A stretch of 11,864 bases of DNA from contig JANOAV010000131.1 of NCBI GenBank assembly GCA_031411295.1, positions 1 through 11,864 on the forward strand, in the 5' to 3' direction. Below, piece by piece: positions 1 through 8,426 of the stretch. The position numbers were made by a program, and so were the translations under genes. The notes beneath the pieces are model-generated. The model did no database searches and had not been told where the DNA came from. It was given only the letters and a program-made list of their open reading frames with translations. The stretch is from Verrucomicrobiales bacterium. Its GTDB lineage: Bacteria > Verrucomicrobiota > Verrucomicrobiia > Verrucomicrobiales > V1-33. Numbering within the stretch: the stretch's first letter is position 1; each line of letters starts with the position of its first letter.

Positions 1-126
1 CGAAATTGGAAAAGAATGCGGGAAGCGGCAGGGAGTTATGGGGCATCCGCCCAATCCATCAGAAGCTGGCAGGGCGCCATGGGAAATTACAGAATTCCAG
101 ATATTTTTGAATCCTTAAAGGCATTG

Positions 127-201
127 GCTTTTAAGCGGAGCAACGCGATCCGGGACACGGGCTGAGACGCTGAGCTTGATCCGCCGCTTAAAAGCGGGAC
201 T
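127..201. repeat. REP-like inverted doublet of short palindromes
   Basis: GCTTTTAAGCGG (127-138) is the exact reverse complement of CCGCTTAAAAGC (184-195). The second copy is itself a hairpin, CCGCTT-AA-AAGCGG (184-197), followed by GACTC. Intergenic. Confidence 0.5.
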
Positions 202-241
202 CGTGCGCTTGTTCCAGTTTGGCGTGAACCCATCACCTTGA

Positions 242-2698
242 ATGATTTCCGCCACTAGTCTGACTGCGAATCTTTATGCCCCGGACGTGGCGCTGAATGC
301 GGGGCCGCATCCGGTGATTTCGATGCTGCCCGGTGGAGGCGCGGGCTTGAACAGCACGGAGTGGGCGGCGCAACGGCTGGCACGCGATGGCTATGTGGTG
401 TGCCTGACGCTGCCGGAAGGTTCGAGCGAGAATCTGTATGCCAATGCGTGCGTTAGCGGGTTGAACTTTCTGGCCGCAGTGGCGAATCCCTATCTGGCGG
501 AATGCAACAACGCGAAGGCCGGTGTCTGCGGCTGGTCGCTGGGCGGGCGTTCGCTGATGAAGGTGCAGGACGAGGATGCGCGGGTGAAATGCGTGGTGGC
601 GTGGGACAATCTCGCGGTGAGCGAGAAGGGAGATGGTGGTTCGCCCCTCGGCAGCAACCGTCCGCAGCCATGGCGGACCCCGCGCGTGCCAGCGATGGGG
701 CAGGCTTCGTTGAATGGCTTCGCGGATTCCGAGTGCAAGCTCACGGCGTGGAAATGGTGGCGCGAATACGGCCTGCCGTGCATGGAGGTGGTATTCGAAA
801 ACTCGAATCATTTTTGGTGGAGCGGCAGTTCTACGGAGCCGAAGCGCGATCAGTCCCACCACTACACGCTGGCGTGGTTTGATCGTTGGTTGAAAAACGA
901 CGCGGCGGCCACCTCGCGCTTACTGGCGACGACGGTGGCAGGCACTTCAGTGAACTCGCTGCTCAGCGCGGGTTTCCGCTCGGCGGCGTATTTCGACGGG
1001 TTGGACACGAGCGACTTAAAAGCGCATCTCGTCAGCGGTGCGGGATCGGGTTCGGTAAAAGGTGGACGTCCGGCGCGGTGGGTGTGCAGCGGTGGGACGG
1101 CGGCGGGAAATGAAGTGGCGCGGGCACTCGATTGCGATGCGGCGGGCAATGTTTACACCGTCGGCTCGCTGCAGGGCACGGTGACTTTCAGCGGCCCGAT
1201 GAACTCAGTGGCAGTCTCGGCCAGCGCGGGCGCGGAAGATATCTTCGTGACCAAGTGCGCCCCAGACGGCACCCTGCTCTGGGCGCGGCGCTACGGCGGC
1301 ACGGGCAGCGATTTTGCGTATGATGTAGCGGTGGATGCCGCGGGGCGCATCATGCTTTGCGGAACTTTCCAAGGCAGCTTCAGCATCGGCGCGTGCGCGT
1401 TGAGCAGCCCGGTCGGGACGACGAGCACCTTTACGGCGGAACTTGACGCCGCGGGCAACGCGGTGTGGGCGGGTGCAACGGGTGCGGCCACGGCTGGTTC
1501 GGTGCTCAGCAGCGAGTGCATCCCGGATGACAGCGGCGGATTCATCGTGTGTGGCAGTTTTTCAGGGACGGCGGTGTTTGGAGCGCAAACGGTGAGCACC
1601 GGCGCAGGCGAACTCTGGGGCTTTATCGTGCGCTACAATTCGGCGCGCGTACGCCAATGGCTGACGACCATGCCGGGAACGGGCAGCGCGGCACGCGGGC
1701 TCGCCTTGGCGCAGGATGGTTCGGGCGATGTGCTAGCGACGGGGCAGTTCACCAGCAGCGCCACGTTTGGCTCAACCACGATCACCTCCGCTGGCGATGC
1801 CGATGCCTGGCTCGGCCGCATGACCAGTGCGGGCGGGTGGCGTTGGGTCAAACAAGCGGGCGGAGTCGGGGAGGACTACGGGCGCGGGGTGGCGGCAACC
1901 TTAACTGGCTACGGGGTGAGCGGTAGTTTTAATGGCGCAGGCACGCCAATCTTTGACACCGGAGCATTGAGCAGTTTGGGTGGGCGCGATGTCTATGTGG
2001 CGAAATTTAACTGGAACGACACGCCGCAATGGTTGCAACGGCTGGGCGGCAGCAGTGATGACGAGGGCGCGGAGATCAGTGCCATGCCGGACGGGGGATT
2101 TCTGCTCTGCGGCAGCTTCGCTGGCAGTGTGACTTTCGGCACCCACACGCAGACCAGTGGAGGCGCGCGCGACTTGATGGTGGCGCGTGTTTTTGCCAAC
2201 GGCTCACCTCACTGGCTTGCCGGCACGATGGGCGGTGCGGGCGATGACGTCGGCTACGCCTGCGCGGCCGATGCGCAGGGCAACGCCTTGTTCGCTGGCT
2301 TCTATTCGACCATCGCACCATTCGGTTACGACGTCGCAGTGAGTCCGACCAAGGACACCGCGCCCGGGCAGGCCGAGATCGTCTGGGGCAAAATCCATGC
2401 GACCAGCGAACCCAACGAGGACACCGATGGCGACGGCCAGACGAATGCAGCGGAGATCACCGCGCAAACCGATCCGCTCAATAACGCCTCAAGTCTTCGC
2501 GTCACTCAGTTTGTCACCACTGCGGGCACGGTCAGTGTCTCCTGGCAGAGTGTCGTCGCGCGCAGCTACCGCGTGCAGGCGAGCGAAAATCTGACGACCT
2601 GGACCGATGTCTCCACCGTCACGGCCACCGCCACGACAAGCACTTACAATGCCTCTGCCAACGGCCCGCGAAGATTCTACCGCGTGGTCACACCATGA
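242..2698 (+). CDS. Multidomain protein: N-terminal alpha/beta hydrolase (dienelactone hydrolase/cutinase-like), beta-propeller repeats (SBBP-like), DxDGDG Ca-binding motif and verrucomicrobial-type C-terminal domain
   Basis: 818 aa ORF. Nucleophile elbow GWSLGG (nt 530-547), PGGG..WAAQRLARDGYVV, candidate catalytic His in NSNHFWW. Repeats of the type W...GG.G.D....VAVDAAG.....G.F.G...FG. C-terminus DTDGDGQTNAAEITAQTDP...RRFYRVVTP. Confidence 0.85.
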   Translation: MISATSLTANLYAPDVALNAGPHPVISMLPGGGAGLNSTEWAAQRLARDGYVVCLTLPEGSSENLYANACVSGLNFLAAVANPYLAECNNAKAGVCGWSLGGRSLMKVQDEDARVKCVVAWDNLAVSEKGDGGSPLGSNRPQPWRTPRVPAMGQASLNGFADSECKLTAWKWWREYGLPCMEVVFENSNHFWWSGSSTEPKRDQSHHYTLAWFDRWLKNDAAATSRLLATTVAGTSVNSLLSAGFRSAAYFDGLDTSDLKAHLVSGAGSGSVKGGRPARWVCSGGTAAGNEVARALDCDAAGNVYTVGSLQGTVTFSGPMNSVAVSASAGAEDIFVTKCAPDGTLLWARRYGGTGSDFAYDVAVDAAGRIMLCGTFQGSFSIGACALSSPVGTTSTFTAELDAAGNAVWAGATGAATAGSVLSSECIPDDSGGFIVCGSFSGTAVFGAQTVSTGAGELWGFIVRYNSARVRQWLTTMPGTGSAARGLALAQDGSGDVLATGQFTSSATFGSTTITSAGDADAWLGRMTSAGGWRWVKQAGGVGEDYGRGVAATLTGYGVSGSFNGAGTPIFDTGALSSLGGRDVYVAKFNWNDTPQWLQRLGGSSDDEGAEISAMPDGGFLLCGSFAGSVTFGTHTQTSGGARDLMVARVFANGSPHWLAGTMGGAGDDVGYACAADAQGNALFAGFYSTIAPFGYDVAVSPTKDTAPGQAEIVWGKIHATSEPNEDTDGDGQTNAAEITAQTDPLNNASSLRVTQFVTTAGTVSVSWQSVVARSYRVQASENLTTWTDVSTVTATATTSTYNASANGPRRFYRVVTP

Positions 2699-2737
2699 AG
2701 TCCTCGCCAAGTTGCTTTCCCGCTGCAATCTCAATCC

Positions 2738-3325
2738 ATGCCGCCCAATGAAGACGAACTTGCTCCCCTCGCCACTCTTGCGGCGGCAGGTGATGATGCC
2801 GCCGCTCGCGAGTTGGTGGAACGCTTGCATCCGATGCTCTGGAGCATCGTCCAGGCGCATCTGCCGCGGCGCACCGACCCCGCTGATCTTATCCAGGAGG
2901 TGCTGGTGAAAATGTTTTCCCGACTCCACCAATATCGTGCCGACAGCCCCTTCGCACACTGGGTTTCGCGACTTGCGGTCACCACGTGCCTTGATCGCCT
3001 GAAGCACGAACGCCGTCGCCCTGAACTGCGCCGTGCCGATCTGAGCCTCCAGGAAGCGGAGATCTTCGATCAACTGATGGGTGGCTCCACGCAAGCCGAT
3101 GCACTCGATGCGGTGGCCGCCCGAGAACTGGCCCATCATTTGCTCAACTTGCTGCCGCCGGATGATCGCGCGCTGCTGCGGTGGCTCGATCTCGACGGTG
3201 ATTCCATCTCCGAGCTCGCTGCCCGGCTGAAACTCGGCGAGTCTGCGGTAAAAATGCGTGCCTCCCGCGCTCGTCAAAAGTTGCGCACTGAAGTAGAGGC
3301 TCTGCGCACGAAAGGATTGCTATGA
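2738..3325 (+). CDS. ECF-subfamily sigma-70 RNA polymerase sigma factor
   Basis: Region 2 motifs GDDAAARELVER, DLIQEVLVKMF and FAHWVSRLAVTTCLD. Region 4 HTH LPPDDRALL..SISELAARLKLGESAVKMRASRARQKLR. Confidence 0.95.
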   Translation: MPPNEDELAPLATLAAAGDDAAARELVERLHPMLWSIVQAHLPRRTDPADLIQEVLVKMFSRLHQYRADSPFAHWVSRLAVTTCLDRLKHERRRPELRRADLSLQEAEIFDQLMGGSTQADALDAVAARELAHHLLNLLPPDDRALLRWLDLDGDSISELAARLKLGESAVKMRASRARQKLRTEVEALRTKGLL

Positions 3326-3618
3326 AAAATAACCAACTTCCCAACTTCGACTGGGACACGCTCGCCAAGGCCGCGCAGCGCGCCCCTCGCCTGAGTGCAC
3401 CGCCAGCACCTCCGGCACTCGCCACGCGAGTGAAGGCCCTCTCGCGGGAGGCTCGCACGACGGAATCCCTGTGGTTGTCCTGGTGTCTGCGGGTGGCCCT
3501 GGCTTCCATTGCGCTCGCGTTGATCCTGCCCCTGGCGCTGCTCAGGGACCGAGATTCCTCGCCCACTGCATACGCCGGAATCGAATCCCAAATCGCTGAA
3601 CTCGTCTTTGCCCCATGA
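3322..3618 (+). CDS. Small membrane-anchored putative anti-sigma factor
   Basis: ATGA overlap with the sigma stop codon. 98 aa with APPALATRV and one hydrophobic helix (VALASIALALILPLALL). Typical position directly after an ECF sigma. Confidence 0.75.
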   Translation: MKNNQLPNFDWDTLAKAAQRAPRLSAPPAPPALATRVKALSREARTTESLWLSWCLRVALASIALALILPLALLRDRDSSPTAYAGIESQIAELVFAP

Positions 3619-4055
3619 ACCTTACACGCTGGAAAATCATTGCCACTCTGCTCGCTGTGGCAGCCTCCACCGGAACCATCGGTGGCACGATCGGCTGGAC
3701 GTGGCGGGAGGAGCGCCTGGCTCAGGACCGTCGTGACCAAAGCAGCATTCATCTGCTCTACCTGCGGCGTCTTGAAGAAGCCTTGCAGCTCACGCCGGAG
3801 CAGCGCGCACTCATTGCTCCGGTGCTCGATGGTGCCAGCGATCGCACCCGCAAGTTAAGCGTCCAGGTCGCGACCGAGGCCGCCCGGATCCGCGAGGACA
3901 TGAGGGCTGCCATCATTCCCGTGCTCACCCCAGAACAGCGTGCGAGCTACGAGAAGTTTGAAGCCGACCGCGAAGCACGGCACGACCGCGTCCGCAGCAA
4001 CCTCCGCGATTACCTCGAAAAGAAACCCACCCCCCCCACTCCCACACCACCATGA
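3615..4055 (+). CDS. Periplasmic Spy/CpxP-like (LTXXQ motif) helical protein
   Basis: ATGA overlap with the upstream gene. N-terminal anchor/signal, two LTPEQR motifs, charged helical content. Confidence 0.8.
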   Translation: MNLTRWKIIATLLAVAASTGTIGGTIGWTWREERLAQDRRDQSSIHLLYLRRLEEALQLTPEQRALIAPVLDGASDRTRKLSVQVATEAARIREDMRAAIIPVLTPEQRASYEKFEADREARHDRVRSNLRDYLEKKPTPPTPTPP

Positions 4056-4380
4056 AAACCCTGCTCATCCTCGCATTGACCGCCAGTTCCGCATTGGCCG
4101 CCGTGAAGTCGGAAGACATCACGCTGCGCGATGAAAAGCGCGGCAAGGAAATCGAATGCCGCATCCATTTTCCTGACACGGGAGAAACGCTTCCGCTCAT
4201 CGTCTTCTCGCACGGCTTCGGCGCGGACTAGACGGCGTTTGCCACCATCAGCCAGCACGTCGCGGAACACGGTTATGTTATCGTCCATCCGTCGCACGCG
4301 GATGGGGTGGAGCGCGGCGGATTACGGCACGGTGCGGCCGAGGTGCCTGCGCGGCAGCAGAAGCCACTCGCCATCATGTT
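4052..4380 (+). pseudogene. Truncated secreted alpha/beta hydrolase (chlorophyllase/PAF-acetylhydrolase-like N-terminus) with an in-frame stop
   Basis: Not in the ORF track. ATG 4052 (ATGA overlap) reads MKTLLILALTASSALAAVKSEDITLRDEKRGKEIECRIHFPDTGETLPLIVFSHGFGAD*TAFATISQHVAEHGYVIVHPSHADG, with TAG at 4229-4231. Family resemblance is lost after about 4320-4380 and no GxSxG follows. End coordinate approximate. Confidence 0.8.
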
Positions 4381-4590
4381 AATGAGGAGGCCAGCGCCAT
4401 GCGGAGTCGGCTTAGCGCGATGCTGGCCTCAGAAAATCGGCCTCTACAATTCACCGGTCTTACTTCTGTGGGTTACACTTTTGGTTCTTCGTCAATCAAC
4501 GGGGGCAGATGAATACGTTTTGGGTTTGGAGACAGGAAATTTCCGCCACGGTGTTGTAGCAAACGTAATTTCCCCATCTGAAATCACTGC

Positions 4591-4633
4591 TCGACACCCG
4601 TCAATTTCCGCTTATTCTGTATTGTCTGAAATT
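4591..4633 (+). promoter_or_regulatory. Putative sigma-70 promoter overlapping an imperfect palindromic operator
   Basis: TCGACA (4591-4596)-16 nt-TATTCT (4613-4618). Dyad TTCTGT-attg-TCTGAA (4615-4630) lies inside AATTTC...GAAATT (4603-4633), just upstream of ATG 4649. Confidence 0.5.
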
Positions 4634-4648
4634 TCACTCCTCCAATCT

Positions 4649-5173
4649 ATGCCCGTCCTCACGCCTCTCGCTCAGCAATTCGTTCTCCATTGGGGAGAAA
4701 TGGGCAATCGTTGGGGCATCAATCGGACCGTCGCCCAGATCCATGCTTTGCTGTATGTGAGCGAGAAACCACTCCACGCGGACGAAATTTGCGAAGCGCT
4801 GGAAGTGGCTCGATCTAATGTCAGCACCAGCCTGCGGGAGTTGCAGAATTGGGGGGTGGTGAAAGTCATTCACATGAAGGGCGACCGCCGGGACCATTTC
4901 GAGACTACCAAGGACGTCTTCGAAATGTTCCGCATCATCATGGCGGAGCGGAAACGTCGGGAGATTGACCCCACGATTGCCATCCTCAAGAGTTGTATTG
5001 CCGAAGCCGAGGAAGCTGGCCCCAGCGAGGCCTACACCCGCAAGCAACTCCTGGCTATGCAGGAGTTCTTCGAAATGGGTGCGCAGTGGTTCGACCAAAT
5101 CAACAAAATGGGCTCCGGCAGCATCCTCCGCGCTATGAAGCTGGGCGATAAGGTCTTCAAGTTGTTGGGGTAG
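4649..5173 (+). CDS. GbsR/MarR-family winged-helix transcriptional regulator
   Basis: The likely start is ATG 4649 (174 aa), not GTG 4307. FVLHWGEMGNRWGINRTVAQIHALLY...ADEICEALEVARSNVSTSLRELQNWGVV...GDRRDHF...RKRREIDP is characteristic of this family. Confidence 0.92.
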   Translation: MPVLTPLAQQFVLHWGEMGNRWGINRTVAQIHALLYVSEKPLHADEICEALEVARSNVSTSLRELQNWGVVKVIHMKGDRRDHFETTKDVFEMFRIIMAERKRREIDPTIAILKSCIAEAEEAGPSEAYTRKQLLAMQEFFEMGAQWFDQINKMGSGSILRAMKLGDKVFKLLG

Positions 5174-5245
5174 AGCCTTTAGCCCGACGATTGCCAGGCA
5201 GGCCTGAAGGCCAAGGCATCGGAACTCCGCCGTTACTGCTTCGCA

Positions 5246-6508
5246 TCACTTTCCAACCCGCCAGCGCGCGAACATTTCCGGCACGGCCCGGGGCCGCGCG
5301 CGCATGACGCTGATTCCGGTCACGGCTGCCACTGCTCCGCAGAACCAGAAGATCTGGCCGTAACTTAATTTTGCCACCGATGATAACTGCTTTTGCATGA
5401 TCGAGGCGACGGCAATTCCCACCCACGAAAGCCAGCTTGCAGCGCCCTGCACGGCTCCCTTGGTTTCTGCCGAGGGGCGATGCTGCAGCACCGATACGAT
5501 CGGCACAATGAACAGCCCGCCCCCCAAGCCCAGGATGCCTAACGCTGTGGCAAAGCCGCCTTCTGGAATACCGGGCATGCCCAGCACCAGCCCGGCCACC
5601 GCCATTAAGCCAGCGCCCAGTGGCACCAGACCATACTCGATGTGCCCGTGGGAAAGTTTCCCTGCCAGCATGCTGCCGACCCCGATGCCCAGGCTCAGTG
5701 CTGCCTGGAGCCAGGCTTGCTCGGTGGGCTTGAGGTGGAAAATTTCCTCTGCGTAGAGGGCCAGATTGAATTGCACTAACGCCGCTACGAAGAAGAATGC
5801 CGTGTTCCCCCAATTGGCGCGCCACAGATCCCGATCCCGCTTCATGATGCTCATGTTACTCCAGATCTCGCCCAGGATGTTCCAGTTAAATTTCTTTAGC
5901 GGAGCAGCCGCAGGCACTTTGGGGACTCCGAAGCTGGTGGTAAGTCCGATCAAGGCCAAGCCTGCCAGCAATATTCCAGACCACATTTCTCGCCCCACCA
6001 ATCCCTCCGCCAACCAGCCTCCGGCAAAGGTTCCCATGATGATGCCGATGAATGTCAGTAACTCAAGGATGCCATTGCCCGCCGATAGTTTCTCCACTGG
6101 CACCACCTCCGGCATGATGCCGTATTTGGCCGGAGCGAAGAAAGTGCTGTGCACCCCCATCATGCAGATGGCCACCAGTTGCAGGAACTTGTTCCCGCAG
6201 GCCAGGGAATACGCTGCAAACAGCATGATGCAAATCTCCGCCATCTTGACCCCGATCATCACGGAACGTTTGCTGCACCGATCCGCCATCCAGCCACCCA
6301 TGGTGGAAAACAGCAGAAACGGAATGGCAAACCACAGCCCGGCATCGGAAACAAAAGCATCCTTTTCCTCGCGCGGCAACAGCGGGGAGGCCAGCAAGGG
6401 AAAGATCACCAACCACTTCAGCGCATTGTCAGAGAACGCCCCTTGGAACTGCGTAAACATCAAATTCCAAAAGCCGCGGGGCCAGGAGGGAGTGGTTTCT
6501 TTGGTCAT
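5246..6508 (-). CDS. MFS transporter, lysophospholipid transporter LplT/Aas MFS-domain-like
   Basis: 420 aa with about 12 hydrophobic segments. TQFQGAFSDNALK, PFLLFSTMGGWMADRCSKR (MFS motif A), FFAPAKYGIMPEVV...NGILE and GGLFIVP. Confidence 0.85.
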   Translation of the reverse strand: MTKETTPSWPRGFWNLMFTQFQGAFSDNALKWLVIFPLLASPLLPREEKDAFVSDAGLWFAIPFLLFSTMGGWMADRCSKRSVMIGVKMAEICIMLFAAYSLACGNKFLQLVAICMMGVHSTFFAPAKYGIMPEVVPVEKLSAGNGILELLTFIGIIMGTFAGGWLAEGLVGREMWSGILLAGLALIGLTTSFGVPKVPAAAPLKKFNWNILGEIWSNMSIMKRDRDLWRANWGNTAFFFVAALVQFNLALYAEEIFHLKPTEQAWLQAALSLGIGVGSMLAGKLSHGHIEYGLVPLGAGLMAVAGLVLGMPGIPEGGFATALGILGLGGGLFIVPIVSVLQHRPSAETKGAVQGAASWLSWVGIAVASIMQKQLSSVAKLSYGQIFWFCGAVAAVTGISVMRARPRAVPEMFARWRVGK

Positions 6509-6642
6509 GTTAGAATAGTATGTGCAGCAAATTCCAGCCAGCGGCTGGACGCTGAGAGGTAATCACAGACCCGGCATTTCGCCAAAGGAAATGCGCGGCG
6601 GGGTCAATTCCTGAGTCCCGTGCCGAAATTTTCCGCAACTCA

Positions 6643-8121
6643 TCAAGGCACGGGGCGCATCCGTGCGAAGTAACGGGCGGGGAAGGTGGGTGGGGTGCCG
6701 AAGGTAATCCTTACTCCGTTGCCCGCCACCGTGGGCGAGACGAATCCCAGAAATTCAAAGCTGGTGGTATCATCGGTGGATTCGACGGCGTAGGTCCGGG
6801 TGTTCAGCGTATTGGCTCCCATGACGAAACCGTTGGTGCCCACCATATCCATGCTGGCAGTCGTGAGATGGAAATAGCTGGCGGCTGAGGCTGGGTCCGT
6901 GCCGGCTACGATCTCATCCTGCCGCCCCACCCCGTCTCCATCCACGTCACTGCGGGGATCCTCATCTGAAATCCGCGCCACGCCCCACCGCAGGTTCTCG
7001 CTGGTGGAATCCGCCCAGCCGCGAATTTGCAAACGGGCCGACTTCACGTTGGCGGGAATGTTGGCGATAAAGTTTCGCGAGAACTGCGTGAAAAGATCGG
7101 CCCCACTGCCCGGGGGATTCAACTCGCTGCCATCCAGTTTGCCATCGGCATTGAGATCATCCGCCGCGTCGAGCAGGGAAATCTCCGCCGTGCTGTCGTC
7201 ATCGAGCGTCACCAGCAGTTTGGGCTCAAAGAAATCGGTCGTTTCGAAATTGGAACCGGTGCTCGTTTCCCAAGCGTAGAGAGTAACCGCCGCATAGGCT
7301 GCCCCCACCGTGCTCAGATCCACCGGCAGCGATGTCATCGTGCTTTCGGCGGCCGCATTCATGCTATAGGTTCCCTTGCGCAACGCGGAGCCAGCCCAAG
7401 TGCCGGGACTTCCATCCAGATTAATCTCCGTCGTAGTGGCACCGATCTCCCGGACCACCATCACCGGCGGCGTGCCCACCAACCGCGCATACAAACCCAG
7501 ATCGCTACTATCATTGGCGGCATTGTGCACGGAAATGGCCAGCGTGTGCGTGCCCGCTGGCAATCCACCCAAGGCCAAACCCACGATGCTTCCCTCGGTA
7601 TCTGCTCCATCTTCGGTCCGCGTGGTGCCGTCTGCCAGCATCGTAAAGGCATCTCCGGTCCCATTGGGTTTCCCGGTCGTGCCCGTAAGGTTCAACCGCC
7701 GCACCTCCGCCCCATCCAGGTAGATCACCGCCCCGTCATCACAGAGGATCTGCAACTGCACGGCAGGGTAGTATTGGGTGGTGGTAAATTGGGTTTTGAA
7801 GTATGTCGTGTAGCGACTGCCCGAAACTGGGGTTGCTAGTGCAGTAAAGGTAATGCTGTTGGTCGTGAAATAATTGATCGTGCCGTAAGCGAATGGGCCA
7901 GCCAATCCAGCGGTAAATGCAGGTCCATCATAGCCGGGAAAATTCATCCACGTGGTCGCAAAATCCGCCGTCGGATCCGCCGTGGCGGGATCAACCCCAT
8001 TGGTGACCTGCAACACCGACCACGTCCGATTCGACGCCACCAATACATCCTGCGCCATCACGGGCACCGTGCAGAGAACAAGGCTACTGAGGATGGGAAG
8101 GAATCGCTGACACATAAGCAT
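6643..8121 (-). CDS. Secreted protein with galactose-binding-like jelly-roll domain, EF-hand-like/DxDGDG motifs and verrucomicrobial-type C-terminal domain
   Basis: Signal peptide ending VMA-QD. TTYFKTQFT...DDGAVIYLDGAEVRRLNL...GTHTLAISVHN...SSDL, then DLNADGKLDGSEL, then DVDGDGVGRQDEIVAGTDP...RYFARMRPVP. Confidence 0.8.
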   Translation of the reverse strand: MLMCQRFLPILSSLVLCTVPVMAQDVLVASNRTWSVLQVTNGVDPATADPTADFATTWMNFPGYDGPAFTAGLAGPFAYGTINYFTTNSITFTALATPVSGSRYTTYFKTQFTTTQYYPAVQLQILCDDGAVIYLDGAEVRRLNLTGTTGKPNGTGDAFTMLADGTTRTEDGADTEGSIVGLALGGLPAGTHTLAISVHNAANDSSDLGLYARLVGTPPVMVVREIGATTTEINLDGSPGTWAGSALRKGTYSMNAAAESTMTSLPVDLSTVGAAYAAVTLYAWETSTGSNFETTDFFEPKLLVTLDDDSTAEISLLDAADDLNADGKLDGSELNPPGSGADLFTQFSRNFIANIPANVKSARLQIRGWADSTSENLRWGVARISDEDPRSDVDGDGVGRQDEIVAGTDPASAASYFHLTTASMDMVGTNGFVMGANTLNTRTYAVESTDDTTSFEFLGFVSPTVAGNGVRITFGTPPTFPARYFARMRPVP

Positions 8122-8141
8122 GAATTGTTGAGACTGACTTC

Positions 8142-8170
8142 AGTTCATGAAATTTACATTTTCCTGTCAA
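8142..8170 (-). promoter_or_regulatory. Possible sigma-70 promoter for the 492 aa gene
   Basis: Perfect TTGACA on the minus strand (8170-8165), AT-rich 17 nt spacer, weak -10 TGAACT overlapping a TTCATGAA palindrome. Confidence 0.3.
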
Positions 8171-8214
8171 GGGTAGATCAACATCGGGGCACCGCCATGG
8201 CGGATTTTTGCAAG

Positions 8215-8320
8215 CCCAAGGAACGGGGCTTTTGAAGCCCCGCTCCCTAGCATGGGTATTGCTTGGCTCAATTTGTTAGACTATCATGATGCTGGGGCTT
8301 TCAAAGCCCCACACCTTGGG
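8215..8320. repeat. REP-like inverted doublet (REPIN-like)
   Basis: Hairpins CGGGGCTT-ttg-AAGCCCCG (8224-8242) and TGGGGCTTT-c-AAAGCCCCA (8293-8311). With the flanking CCCAAGG/CCTTGGG the two units are inverted copies (22/27 identical by hand alignment). Confidence 0.65.
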
Positions 8321-8426
8321 AAAAGGCCCGTGCAGAAATCTGCCGTTGGGGCACCGCAGCAAAGTAGCCGCCACAAGTCCGTGGGACAGTCGTCACTGGG
8401 CGCAGGCGAGATCGGATCGCGACTGG

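Noticed and set aside
233..3277. Long antisense or alternate-frame ORFs (233-862, 2489-3277 and others; likewise 5766-6518 and 7027-7839)
   Set aside because: They are shadows of well-supported genes in GC-rich DNA and carry no recognisable motifs.
4030..4037. C8 homopolymer as a phase-variation switch
   Set aside because: Short, lies in a Pro-rich tail a few codons before the stop, and the downstream gene is already inactivated.
4052..5173. Single frame with only one TAG, suggesting amber readthrough or a hydrolase-MarR fusion (and the 288 aa ORF from 4307)
   Set aside because: The segment from about 4380 to 4648 is not protein-like and holds the promoter/operator. TAG is a normal stop for psd and the regulator. 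A pseudogene plus a separate gene from 4649 is simpler.
5169..5230. Possible third REP-like element or terminator between convergent genes (GGCCTGAAGGCC)
   Set aside because: Stem of only 5 bp, poorly matching partner and no U-tract, so too weak to call.
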